Origin: Candidatus Aminicenantes bacterium
GTDB lineage: Bacteria > Acidobacteriota > Aminicenantia > Aminicenantales > UBA4085
Direction: 5' to 3'
Assembly (NCBI GenBank): GCA_026393855.1
Contig: JAPKZJ010000061.1
Coordinates: forward strand, 37,306 to 101,305
DNA: 64,000 bases
The notes under the pieces were generated by a model. That model did no database searches. It was given only the letters and a program-made list of their open reading frames with translations, and was not told where the DNA came from. The position numbers and the translations under genes are program-made. Positions 1-7,887 of the stretch are shown piece after piece. Each line of letters opens with the position of its first letter. Position 1 is the stretch's first letter.

Positions 1-355
1 CCGCCGCACCGCGGTGGGAGAGTTCCGGGTCGAACAGGCTTCGGCCCTCTCGCTATGGGACGGAGACGCCCCGGATGTAGCCGGACTCCCCTTCTGGGTA
101 CCGTTGGAACAGCTCCTGCCCGAATGGCCGCGGTTCGATTTGGACGAAGCGGATGCCCGGGCCGTCCGAGACGGGCGCTCCCTCCCTCCGGATCGCGCTA
201 TGGCGACACCCGCCCCCTCCGAAGCGGGCCCGGTCGGACCCGACGGCGAGGCTCTGATTCGCCTGTTCGATGCCGGCGGCCGGCTCGCCGCCCTGGCTCG
301 CCGGGACCCCGGAACGTCGCGGCTGGCCCCGTTCCTTGTCTTTCCGGCGGCATGA
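1..355 (+). CDS. 3' end of a gene entering from upstream of the window; probably the C-terminal (PUA-like) region of tRNA pseudouridine(55) synthase TruB
   Basis: The frame of ORF 14..355 is open from the window edge and ends at TGA 353-355. The tail ...DEADARAVRDGRSL...LIRLFDAGGRLAALARRD... resembles TruB C-termini. There is no credible start context inside the window. Confidence 0.4.
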   Translation, partial: RRTAVGEFRVEQASALSLWDGDAPDVAGLPFWVPLEQLLPEWPRFDLDEADARAVRDGRSLPPDRAMATPAPSEAGPVGPDGEALIRLFDAGGRLAALARRDPGTSRLAPFLVFPAA

Positions 356-425
356 GGCTTTTTTTTCGCCGCCGGAAGCGAAAGGCCTTGAATTGTCCGC
401 CCTATTTGGTGTAAATTACCCGGTC

Positions 426-704
426 ATGAGGCTCAACAAGAACCAACTCGAACACCTGGCCGTCCTGATCGTCCGCAATCTGCTGCGGGACGGCAAGGTG
501 CTGATCGAAAGCAAGGAGGCCCTGCTCCAGGACCTCACTTCCCTTCTGAATGAGGAGTTTCTCAAGGAAGATCAGCTCGACCAAGAGGTCCGCGAGCTGC
601 TCGGCAAGCATATGGACGAGATCCGCAAAGGCAACATCGAGTATCAGACGATGTTCCGGATGATCAAGATCAAGCTGGCCAAGGAAAGGAACATGCCCTT
701 ATGA
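426..704 (+). CDS. DUF507 family protein (paralog 1)
   Basis: ATG at 426 within ORF 270..704. MRLNKNQLEHLAVLIVRNLL...EFLKEDQLDQEVRELL...IEYQTMFRMIKIKLAKE is a small charged helical protein typical of DUF507. Its stop overlaps the next start (ATGA at 701-704). Confidence 0.7.
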   Translation: MRLNKNQLEHLAVLIVRNLLRDGKVLIESKEALLQDLTSLLNEEFLKEDQLDQEVRELLGKHMDEIRKGNIEYQTMFRMIKIKLAKERNMPL

Positions 705-991
705 GCGGCCGCCTATCCCGGGAGAAGGTCAACTATCTCTCCAAGAAAGTCCTTGAGCTTTTGACCCGCAGCGACAACGTCGAGTTCCTCGACGACCCTA
801 ATGAAATTCGCCTGGCCGTGGTCCGCGCTTTCGAGGAAGAGATGAAGCTCTACGAGCTCCTCGACAAGCGGGCCATGGACAAGATCAAGTCGCAGAAAAA
901 GCCGATCGAGGAAGGCAGCCGCGAATGGGACATCCTCTATCGGAAGTATTACAACGAAGAATTGAACAAGCTCGGCAAGCTATCCGAGTGA
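701..991 (+). CDS. DUF507 family protein (paralog 2)
   Basis: ORF 701..991. LSREKVNYLSKKVLELL...DPNEIRLAVVRAFEEEMKLYELLDKRAMDKIKSQKK is the same family style as the upstream gene, and the two share a 4-nt overlap. Confidence 0.7.
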   Translation: MSGRLSREKVNYLSKKVLELLTRSDNVEFLDDPNEIRLAVVRAFEEEMKLYELLDKRAMDKIKSQKKPIEEGSREWDILYRKYYNEELNKLGKLSE

Positions 992-998
992 CGGCCGT

Positions 999-1865
999 TC
1001 AGACGGCTGTTTCCCTGGCCCTCGCCTCCAGATAGACCGCCAGCGCGGCCTTCCAATCCGAACACCCAGGCAGCCCCAAGGCCCTCGCCTTGGCGTCGGC
1101 CAGGACGGAATAGGCCGGCCGCCGGGCCCGGGCTCCGAACTCGGCCGACCCGACCGGCCTCAGATCCCCCTTCACCTTCGCCAGATCGAAGATTGCCTGG
1201 GCAAATTCGAGCCAGGAGCAACAGCCCCGGCTGGTCAGATGGTAAAGCCCGAAGGCTTCAGTCCGAAGCAGAGCTTGGACGTTGGCCGCCAGCTCAAGAG
1301 TCGAGGTCGGAGCCACGATCTGGTCGGAGACGACCCGGATCGGTTTTCCCGAAGAGGCCAGCCAAAGCATGGTTTCGACGAAGTTCCGCCCTTTTTCCAA
1401 GCAGCCGGCCCGGCCGAAGAGGCCGCAGGTTCGGATAATGAAATGGCGATCCCACTCCGCCGCCAGGAGATGCTCGCCGGTCAGCTTGGAGGCGGCGTAG
1501 ACGCTCAACGGCCCCGGCCGGTCCTCCTCCGTGTAGGGGATGCCGCTCCGCCCGTCGAAGACGTAGTCCGTGCTGAAATGGACCAGAACGGAGCCCATCG
1601 CCCGGCAGGCCCGGGCCAGGTCCCTGACCGCGAAGGCGTTGACCCGGAACGCGTCCTCGCTCCGAACCTCACACTCGTCCACGCGGTGGAAAGCCGAGGT
1701 GTTGATGACGACGTCGGGGCGGAGAGCCTGCAGCCGAGCGGCGGAACCGGCCGCGTCCGTCACATCGAAGTCGGGAAAGAAGAGGGGCTGCACGGAATCG
1801 GCCGGAAGGATTGTGCGCAAGTCCGATCCGAGCTGGCCGTCGGCGCCGATCAGGGCGATGTTCAT
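999..1865 (-). CDS. rfbD: dTDP-4-dehydrorhamnose reductase
   Basis: 288 aa. N-terminal Rossmann motif MNIALIGADGQLGSDL, plus STDYVFDG and YAASKLTGE (the SDR Y-x3-K), all typical of RmlD. Confidence 0.85.
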   Translation of the reverse strand: MNIALIGADGQLGSDLRTILPADSVQPLFFPDFDVTDAAGSAARLQALRPDVVINTSAFHRVDECEVRSEDAFRVNAFAVRDLARACRAMGSVLVHFSTDYVFDGRSGIPYTEEDRPGPLSVYAASKLTGEHLLAAEWDRHFIIRTCGLFGRAGCLEKGRNFVETMLWLASSGKPIRVVSDQIVAPTSTLELAANVQALLRTEAFGLYHLTSRGCCSWLEFAQAIFDLAKVKGDLRPVGSAEFGARARRPAYSVLADAKARALGLPGCSDWKAALAVYLEARARETAV

Positions 1866-1911
1866 GGCCTCATTCTAACGATTCCCCGGCCGGATTTGCA
1901 AATCCCAGCTT

Positions 1912-1946
1912 AAAAACAGGGCCGGTCCCCTTTCGGGAACCGGCCC
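1912..1946 (-). terminator. Rho-independent terminator downstream of PKD/beta-barrel gene A
   Basis: Read on the minus strand: GGGCCGGTTCCC-GAAA-GGGGACCGGCCC, followed by TGTTTTTAA. Confidence 0.6.
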
Positions 1947-1971
1947 TGCGATTCGCTTGGAAAGGGCGGGA

Positions 1972-3453
1972 TCAGAAGATGTATCGGAACCCCAGCAGGA
2001 GCTTGTAGTGGTCCGCCACGAGGCGGTCCGTGGTGATAACCGGGATTCGAGCCTCGGCGAAGATCGAGCCGGCCGAGCTGAAGTTGTTGAAGATGTTCAC
2101 CCCGAAAGCGCCGATCAGGTCAAAGCCGCCCAACCGATCGGTCTGCTCCTTAGTCGTGTAGCCAAGGCCCGCGTCCACATAGACGGCCGGACCGAGGTGC
2201 AGGTTGAGCAGGGCGTCGATCATCAGGAAGGGCTTCCAGGGCGAGCCCTGGCCGAAGACGGCGCCGCCGGCGCGCAGGATGAAATCGAGCGCGTTGGGCG
2301 CCAGGTTCCACATCAGGCCCGCCCGGGCGAAGAAGAACCCGGTGTAGGTGCCGCGGGCCAAGCCGGGACCGGCCTCGACCAGGAAGAAGAGCTTCTTCTG
2401 GGTCACTTCGAAGGCGATCCGGCAGGGGTCGGCGTTGGACGAAGCGGCGCCCATGTCGTCAAAGACGACGACGTTGATGCCGTACTTGCCCGGGGCGTAG
2501 AAAATCTTCTCCCAGACTAGGGGCTTTTCGGTCTTAGTGAAGGTGTCGATGACCTTGCCGCTCTCGTCGGTGATCTCGAAGATGGCCTTGACCACCTGGC
2601 CGTCGGGATCGGTCGAGCCCGAGGCGTCGAAAGTGATCGGCTTGCCGACATAATCCTCGCAGGGCAGGCACGACGTCCAGAGCTTGCAGACAGGCGGGGC
2701 ATTGACCACGATCTTGGTCTGGCAGGGATTGTCCGAAGCCTTGCCGTCCTCGTTGACCGCCCTGGCTTTGAACAGGTACTCGCCGGGCTTGTCGAACTTG
2801 ATCTGCCACTTGGGCGCCGCGGCCGTGAAGGCGTGGCTCTGGATCTTGACGCCCTGGGCGTTGAAGACCTCGACGTCCATGCGGACGGCGCCCTTGGTGC
2901 CGGTCATGTCGACGGTGACGGGCTCGTTCAGGTTGGCCTTGGCCGGGCCGACGACGATGTTGCAGACGGCCGCCGGGATGATCTTCTTCTCTGCGACGCC
3001 GACCTTATAAAGGGCGATGTTGCCGCACGGCTTGGGGATGATGAACTCGTAATCCTTGTCGTCCTTGAAAACGTGGAAGGAGAAGACATCGAGGGGTGCC
3101 TTGCCGGCCCATTCGACATCCTCCCAGACCTTGACCTGGTTCCGGACCCGGAAGAGCATCCAAACGAACCGATCGCCGATCGGGATGGCCTTCTCCACCA
3201 AGGCGGCTGAGCGGAGCTGGTCCAGGAACGGGAGATAGGTATCTCCCATGCCCACCAGCTCAAAGCCGTACTTGATGTCGACGGCGTATTTTTCCGCGAT
3301 CATCTTCATGACTTCGGCCGTAGGGATATTGCCCCTGACCTGGGCGAACGTGTTGACGCCGACCCGGCGCAGCTTATGCGCCTGAGCGGACGCGGTCATG
3401 ACGGAGAAAACCATCAGGACCGCGACAAACAGAATGAGCTTTCTTCCTCTCAT
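1972..3453 (-). CDS. Secreted protein: unknown N-terminal domain, Ig-like domain, PKD domain and a small C-terminal beta-barrel (tandem copy A)
   Basis: Start set at ATG 3453, which has AAGGAGA 6 nt upstream; the longer ORF to 3705 lacks coding character. Signal peptide MRGRKLILFVAVLMVFSVMTASAQA. PKD-like GKPITFDASGSTDPDGQVV. The last ~140 aa form alternating amphipathic strands ending LLLGFRYIF. Confidence 0.8.
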   Translation of the reverse strand: MRGRKLILFVAVLMVFSVMTASAQAHKLRRVGVNTFAQVRGNIPTAEVMKMIAEKYAVDIKYGFELVGMGDTYLPFLDQLRSAALVEKAIPIGDRFVWMLFRVRNQVKVWEDVEWAGKAPLDVFSFHVFKDDKDYEFIIPKPCGNIALYKVGVAEKKIIPAAVCNIVVGPAKANLNEPVTVDMTGTKGAVRMDVEVFNAQGVKIQSHAFTAAAPKWQIKFDKPGEYLFKARAVNEDGKASDNPCQTKIVVNAPPVCKLWTSCLPCEDYVGKPITFDASGSTDPDGQVVKAIFEITDESGKVIDTFTKTEKPLVWEKIFYAPGKYGINVVVFDDMGAASSNADPCRIAFEVTQKKLFFLVEAGPGLARGTYTGFFFARAGLMWNLAPNALDFILRAGGAVFGQGSPWKPFLMIDALLNLHLGPAVYVDAGLGYTTKEQTDRLGGFDLIGAFGVNIFNNFSSAGSIFAEARIPVITTDRLVADHYKLLLGFRYIF

Positions 3454-3470
3454 GGGAGTCTCCTTTCTCA
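1972..3470 (-). repeat. Direct repeat unit 1 (~1.5 kb) of a tandem gene duplication; partner is 4033..5525
   Basis: Aligns with 4033..5525 at a constant +2061 offset through the 3' two-thirds. Long stretches are nucleotide-identical. Similarity begins at the stop codon and ends just past the RBS. Confidence 0.9.
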
Positions 3471-3954
3471 TGGAACCCTCGCCTTGGCTCGCCCGACCAA
3501 TCCGGCAAGGCGTACGTATCTGCAAGGGTCGATGGATATCACTGCACGATTCATGCCAAGCTCGTTCCAAGTTGGCTATTGGTCTAGAACCCGGGCCGGC
3601 TTCAGGGAAAGGCGTCGATGACGTCTCCAATAATGAGAATCCTCTCAGAGACGCACCGCTCCGCCCGGCATCTATTCCAAGATTCGTCCAAAGAAGCAGC
3701 ACCATTCCTATTCCATAGGAAATCCGCTCCCCTTTCGAATGGTCGACGGAGAGGGTCAGCCAGGCCCCGGGAATAAACCCGCTCGATACCCCGGGCTGAA
3801 GCCCGCCCTCATTCGCTTCGCGGCTGAGGACTGCAACCCCGTCGTCGAACTGCCGGGGCGAAAGCCGAGCCCGAGGTATTAGAAGGGTTAATACTGAGCG
3901 GCGCTTATAACCCCGATTTGAAAATCGGGATTTGGCGCTGCGAACGTATCACTT

Positions 3955-4006
3955 AAAAAAAAGCCCTCACCCTCACGCTCCCCGAAGGGCGCGTGAGGAT
4001 GAGGGC
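3955..4006 (-). terminator. Rho-independent terminator downstream of PKD/beta-barrel gene B
   Basis: Minus strand: GCCCTCATCCTCACGCGC...GCGTGAGGGTGAGGGC (a ~16-bp stem) followed by T8. It lies 27 nt after the stop at 4033. Confidence 0.75.
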
Positions 4007-4032
4007 GGCTTGTCTTAGCTTCGGTTCCTGGA

Positions 4033-5508
4033 TCAGAAGATGTAGCGGAACCCCAGCAGGAGCTTGTAATGGTCGTCAACGAGGCGGTCCGTGGTGATGA
4101 CCGGGATCCGAGCTTCGGCGAAGATCGAGCCGGCCGAGGTGAAGTTGTTGAAGATGTTCACCCCGAAGGCGCCGATCAGGTCAAAGCCGCTCAGCCGGTT
4201 GGTTTGCTCCTTGGTCGTGTAGCCAAGGCCCGCGTCCATATAGACGGCCGGACCGAGGTGCACGTTGAGCAGGGCGTCGGCCATCAGGAAGGGCTTCCAG
4301 GGCGAGCCTTGGCCGAAGACGGCGCCGCCGATGCGAAGGATGAAATCGAGCGCGTTGGGCGCCAGGTTCCACATCAGGCCCGCCCGGGCGAAGAAGAACC
4401 CGGTGTAGGTGCCGCGGGCCAAGCCGGGACCGGCCTCGACCAGGAAGAAGAACTTCTTCTGGGTCACTTCGAAGGCGATCCGGCAGGGGTCGGAGTTGGA
4501 TGAAGCGGCGCCCATGTCGTCAAAGACGACGACGTTGATGCCGTACTTGCCCGGGGCGTAGAAAATCTTCTCCCAGACTAGGGGTTTGTCGGTCTTAGTG
4601 AAGGTGTCGATGACCTTGCCGCTCTCGTCGGTGATCTCGAAGATGGCCTTGACCACCTGGCCGTCGGGATCGGTCGAGCCCGAGGCATCGAAAGTGATCG
4701 GCTTGCCGACATAATCCTCGCAGGGCAGGCACGACGTCCAGAGCTTGCAGACGGGCGGCGCGTTGACCACGATCTTGGTCTGGCAGGGATTGTCCGAAGC
4801 CTTGCCGTCTTCGTTGACCGCCCTGGCTTTGAACAGGTACTCGCCGGGCTTGTCGAACTTGATCTGCCACTTGGGCGCCGCGGCCGTGAAGGCATGGCTC
4901 TGAATCTTGACGCCCTGGGCGTTGAAGACCTCGACGTCCATGCGGACGGCGCCCTTGGTGCCGGTCATGTCGACGGTGACGGGCTCGTTCAGGTTGACCT
5001 TGGCCGGGCCGACGACGATGTTGCAGACGGCCGGCGGGATCACTCTCTTCTCAACGACCTTGTACAGGGCGATGTTGCCGCACGGCTTGGGGATGACGAA
5101 CTCGTAATCCTTGTTGTCCTTGAAAACGTGGAAGGAGAAGACGTCCAGAGGCGCCTTGCCGGCCCATTCCACATCTTCCCAAACCATGACCTTGCCGCGA
5201 ACGCGGAACAGCATCCAGGCGAACCGGTCCCCGACGGGAATGGCCTTCTCAACGAAGGCGGCCGAACGGAGCTGGTCCAGGAACGGGAGATAGGTATCTC
5301 CCATGCCCACTTGGTCGAAGCCGTACTTGATGTCGCCGGCGTATTTTTCGGCGATGGTCTTCATGACTTCGGCGGTGGGAATCTTGCCCTTGACCTGGGC
5401 GAACGTGTTGACGCCGATCCGGCGCAACTTATGCGCCTGAGCGGACGCGGTCATGACGGAGAAAACCATCAGGACCGCGACAAACAGAACGAGCTTTCTT
5501 CCTCTCAC
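4033..5508 (-). CDS. Secreted protein: unknown N-terminal domain, Ig-like domain, PKD domain and a small C-terminal beta-barrel (tandem copy B)
   Basis: Start set at GTG 5508, which has AAGGAGG just upstream; the track start at 5526 is TTG. Signal peptide VRGRKLVLFVAVLMVFSVMTASAQA. The ~210-aa central block differs from copy A at only 1 residue (A/V near its start), and the protein has the same C-terminal LLLGFRYIF. Confidence 0.8.
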   Translation of the reverse strand: MRGRKLVLFVAVLMVFSVMTASAQAHKLRRIGVNTFAQVKGKIPTAEVMKTIAEKYAGDIKYGFDQVGMGDTYLPFLDQLRSAAFVEKAIPVGDRFAWMLFRVRGKVMVWEDVEWAGKAPLDVFSFHVFKDNKDYEFVIPKPCGNIALYKVVEKRVIPPAVCNIVVGPAKVNLNEPVTVDMTGTKGAVRMDVEVFNAQGVKIQSHAFTAAAPKWQIKFDKPGEYLFKARAVNEDGKASDNPCQTKIVVNAPPVCKLWTSCLPCEDYVGKPITFDASGSTDPDGQVVKAIFEITDESGKVIDTFTKTDKPLVWEKIFYAPGKYGINVVVFDDMGAASSNSDPCRIAFEVTQKKFFFLVEAGPGLARGTYTGFFFARAGLMWNLAPNALDFILRIGGAVFGQGSPWKPFLMADALLNVHLGPAVYMDAGLGYTTKEQTNRLSGFDLIGAFGVNIFNNFTSAGSIFAEARIPVITTDRLVDDHYKLLLGFRYIF

Positions 5509-5525
5509 GCGAGCCTCCTTGTCCA
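4033..5525 (-). repeat. Direct repeat unit 2 of the tandem gene duplication; partner is 1972..3470
   Basis: See unit 1. There is a 2-codon indel (VGVAEKKIIPAAV versus VVEKRVIPPAV), and substitutions cluster in the N-terminal domain and the barrel. Confidence 0.9.
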
Positions 5526-5568
5526 ACGGATCAGGCCGGTAAAGTATTTAGACAGAATCACTAACTAT

Positions 5569-5596
5569 AAAATACCTTATTTCGGACCGATGTCAA
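5569..5596 (-). promoter_or_regulatory. Putative sigma70-type promoter for PKD/beta-barrel gene B
   Basis: Minus strand: TTGACA, 16 nt, TATTTT, in an AT-rich patch. The -35 box overlaps the stop codon of the upstream amidotransferase gene. Confidence 0.4.
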
Positions 5597-6285
5597 GAAG
5601 AAAAATGGATGAACTGGCTGACAATCCTGGTAATCAAACCAGTATCCCGGTCCTCCGTCTCCAGGGCCGCAAGGTCGAGATCCCCGCTCTTGGCGCCGCG
5701 GGCGGCCAGATCGCGCATGAAAGCCCGGGCGGAAGGGACGTCGATCTCCGGGTGCATCTGCAAGCCCCAGACATTCCGGCCGTCGATCCCGAAGCCCTGG
5801 ACGCTGCAGGCTTCGGACCTGGCCAGAACGGTGCACCCCGCCGGGAGGCTCCGGACTTCGTCGAAGTGGTGCGAAAAGGCGAAGACGACGCCGACAGGAC
5901 CGAGCAGCCGGCTCGCAACGAGGGTGCGGATCGGCAGCCAGCCCACCTCGGGACTCGGGCATCGCCCGATGTGCGCCGGCCCGAACAGGGCGAAGGCCAG
6001 CAACTGGTGTCCATAGCAGCTCCCGAGAATGGAGGCCCCGGCAGCGAAAGTCTCCCGGACAAAACCGACCTCGGATTCGACCCAAGCCTCCCGATCCAGG
6101 ATCGAGGCCTCGGACCCGGTCAGGATGTAATGGCTGAAATCCGAAGGCCGGGCTGGAAGGCAACCCTCGGGAGCGCGGAAAGCCTGCCAGGGGACCGCGA
6201 GCCAGCGCGACCAATGTTCGACGGGCTTGTACGCCTCTGGTTCGATCGCGTTGTCAATGATAGCCACTCGAACATCGGATCGCAT
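5593..6285 (-). CDS. Class I glutamine amidotransferase-like protein
   Basis: 230 aa. Nucleophile elbow GSCYGHQLL and a downstream LQMHPE (His-Glu) motif, typical of the GATase1 / GMP-synthase-like family. Confidence 0.75.
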   Translation of the reverse strand: MRSDVRVAIIDNAIEPEAYKPVEHWSRWLAVPWQAFRAPEGCLPARPSDFSHYILTGSEASILDREAWVESEVGFVRETFAAGASILGSCYGHQLLAFALFGPAHIGRCPSPEVGWLPIRTLVASRLLGPVGVVFAFSHHFDEVRSLPAGCTVLARSEACSVQGFGIDGRNVWGLQMHPEIDVPSARAFMRDLAARGAKSGDLDLAALETEDRDTGLITRIVSQFIHFSS

Positions 6286-6396
6286 GGGGCCTTCCTCCGG
6301 GGAGCATTATACGGATTTCCCGGACCCCCCGCCAGGCCCCTTTTTGGCAAAGCCGCCGCGTTCTGATATAATTCTCCCCCTTGAGGAGAGCGGAAC

Positions 6397-6792
6397 TTGC
6401 ATAATGTAAGCCTGGGCACCGAGCTGCACGTCATCACCCCCAACGAACCCGGAATTCAGGGGCGCGTCCTGGGAACCCTGGCCAACGCGGGCGTCAACCT
6501 GCGCGCCATCAGCGTCTTCGCCCACGAGGCCGAGGGCCATTTCCGCCTGCTCACGTCGGACAACAAGAAGGCCGAGACGGCCCTGCGGACGCTGGGCTAC
6601 AAGGTCAAGGTCAACAAAGTCGTCGTGGTCGAGATCAGCGACCGGATCGGGGCCGGCGCCGAAATTGGGGCCCTCCTCGGGAACGCCGTGATCGACGTCG
6701 AATACAGCTATGGCAGCTCCTCGGGCAAAGCGGCGGCCTTGCTCGTCTTCAAGACAAACAATAATAAGAAGGCTTACGACACTCTGCGTTGA
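6397..6792 (+). CDS. ACT domain-containing protein
   Basis: TTG start at 6397 with GAGGAG 6 nt upstream. Two ACT-like repeats (ITPNEPGIQGRVLGTLANAGVNLRAI and VEISDRIGAGAEIGALLGNAVIDVEY). Confidence 0.6.
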   Translation: MHNVSLGTELHVITPNEPGIQGRVLGTLANAGVNLRAISVFAHEAEGHFRLLTSDNKKAETALRTLGYKVKVNKVVVVEISDRIGAGAEIGALLGNAVIDVEYSYGSSSGKAAALLVFKTNNNKKAYDTLR

Positions 6793-7847
6793 GGACCGTG
6801 GACACCCAACGCGTCCTAGTTGTCACATCCGACGTCGCGTTCGTCGAGGGGGGACATTTGTCCATCGCCCGCGGCACGGTGCGGGCGCTTCGCGAGCTCG
6901 GCCACGAGGCCGACCTGATGCTCACCCCGCAAAACCGGTTCGGGCGGCAGCTTCGCGCCTACTGGGCCACCCGGCTGACCGACGTCGGCCTGGACGGCCT
7001 GGGCCGGCCGATCGACCGGGTCATTTCGCTTCGCTTCCCCAGCTACGCCGTCAAGCACCCCGCCCACGTCTGCTGGCTTAACCACCGCATGCGCGAATAC
7101 TATGACCTCTGGGACGACCTTAAAGCCCGCCTGTCCTGGAAAGGCCGGATCAAAGAGGGCGCCCGGCGCTTCCTCATTCACCGTATCGACGGGCGCCTGC
7201 TAAAGAAAAACGTGCGCAAGGTCTTCGCCATCTCGGGCGAAGTCAAGAAGCGGCTGGACCGCTGGGGCCATATCCCGGCCGAGGTTCTCTACCCGCCGCC
7301 GCCGCAGCGGCCGTACCGTACGGAAGCCTACGGCGATTTTGTCTTCGCGGTCTCCCGCCTGACCGGCCTGAAGCGGCTCGATCTGCTGGTGGAGGCCATG
7401 GCCCGGACCCGGAACAAAGGCCTGCGGGCGGTCATCGCCGGCGAAGGCCCGGAGCGCGACGCCTTGGCCGGGCGCATCCGCGAGCGGGGCTTGGAGGGAA
7501 GGGTGTCCTTGGCCGGGCCGATCGACGAGGCCGGCCTGCTTGATCATTACGCCCGCTGCCGAGCGGTCTATTTCGCCCCTTACCACGAGGACTACGGCTT
7601 TGTCACAGGGGAAGCCTTCGCCTCGGGCAAGGCGGTGCTCACGGCCGAGGACAGCGGCGGCCCGGTCGAACAGATCCGGGACGGCGAATCGGGCTACATC
7701 GTCCCGGCCGATCCTGCCGCCATGGCCCAGAAGCTGGACGCCTGGGCCGACGACGCCGGCCTGGCCGAGCGCATGGGGCAGGCGGGCCGGCGATCCATCG
7801 CCGCCCTGAATTGGCCGGATACGATCCGCCGCCTGCTCTCGGCCTAG
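6789..7847 (+). CDS. Glycosyltransferase family 4 (GT-B fold)
   Basis: 352 aa. The C-terminal motif EDYGFVTGEAFASGKAVLTAEDSGGPVEQIRDGESGYIV is the classic GT4 E-x7-E region. The start (TTG 6789, overlapping the ACT stop, or GTG 6798) is uncertain. Confidence 0.8.
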   Translation: MRTVDTQRVLVVTSDVAFVEGGHLSIARGTVRALRELGHEADLMLTPQNRFGRQLRAYWATRLTDVGLDGLGRPIDRVISLRFPSYAVKHPAHVCWLNHRMREYYDLWDDLKARLSWKGRIKEGARRFLIHRIDGRLLKKNVRKVFAISGEVKKRLDRWGHIPAEVLYPPPPQRPYRTEAYGDFVFAVSRLTGLKRLDLLVEAMARTRNKGLRAVIAGEGPERDALAGRIRERGLEGRVSLAGPIDEAGLLDHYARCRAVYFAPYHEDYGFVTGEAFASGKAVLTAEDSGGPVEQIRDGESGYIVPADPAAMAQKLDAWADDAGLAERMGQAGRRSIAALNWPDTIRRLLSA

Positions 7848-7887
7848 CCGCCGGCTCGCGCGTTCACCAGCCGCCCCCCCGGCCGCT

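Noticed and set aside
3454-3705. 84-codon N-terminal extension of the copy-A ORF (track ORF 1972..3705)
   Set aside because: The extension has no counterpart in copy B, and no signal peptide would be at the N-terminus. A good RBS (AAGGAGA) precedes the internal ATG at 3453, which begins the signal peptide shared with copy B.
3888-4079. 63-aa minus-strand ORF spanning the copy-B stop region
   Set aside because: It overlaps the 3' end of copy B and its terminator hairpin. It has no RBS and a non-protein-like sequence.
4894-6366. 490-aa plus-strand ORF
   Set aside because: It lies antisense to two well-supported genes (PKD/barrel copy B and the amidotransferase) and runs straight across their intergenic promoter. 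The translation is R/G/D/P/A-rich low-complexity sequence, typical of shadow ORFs in high-GC DNA.
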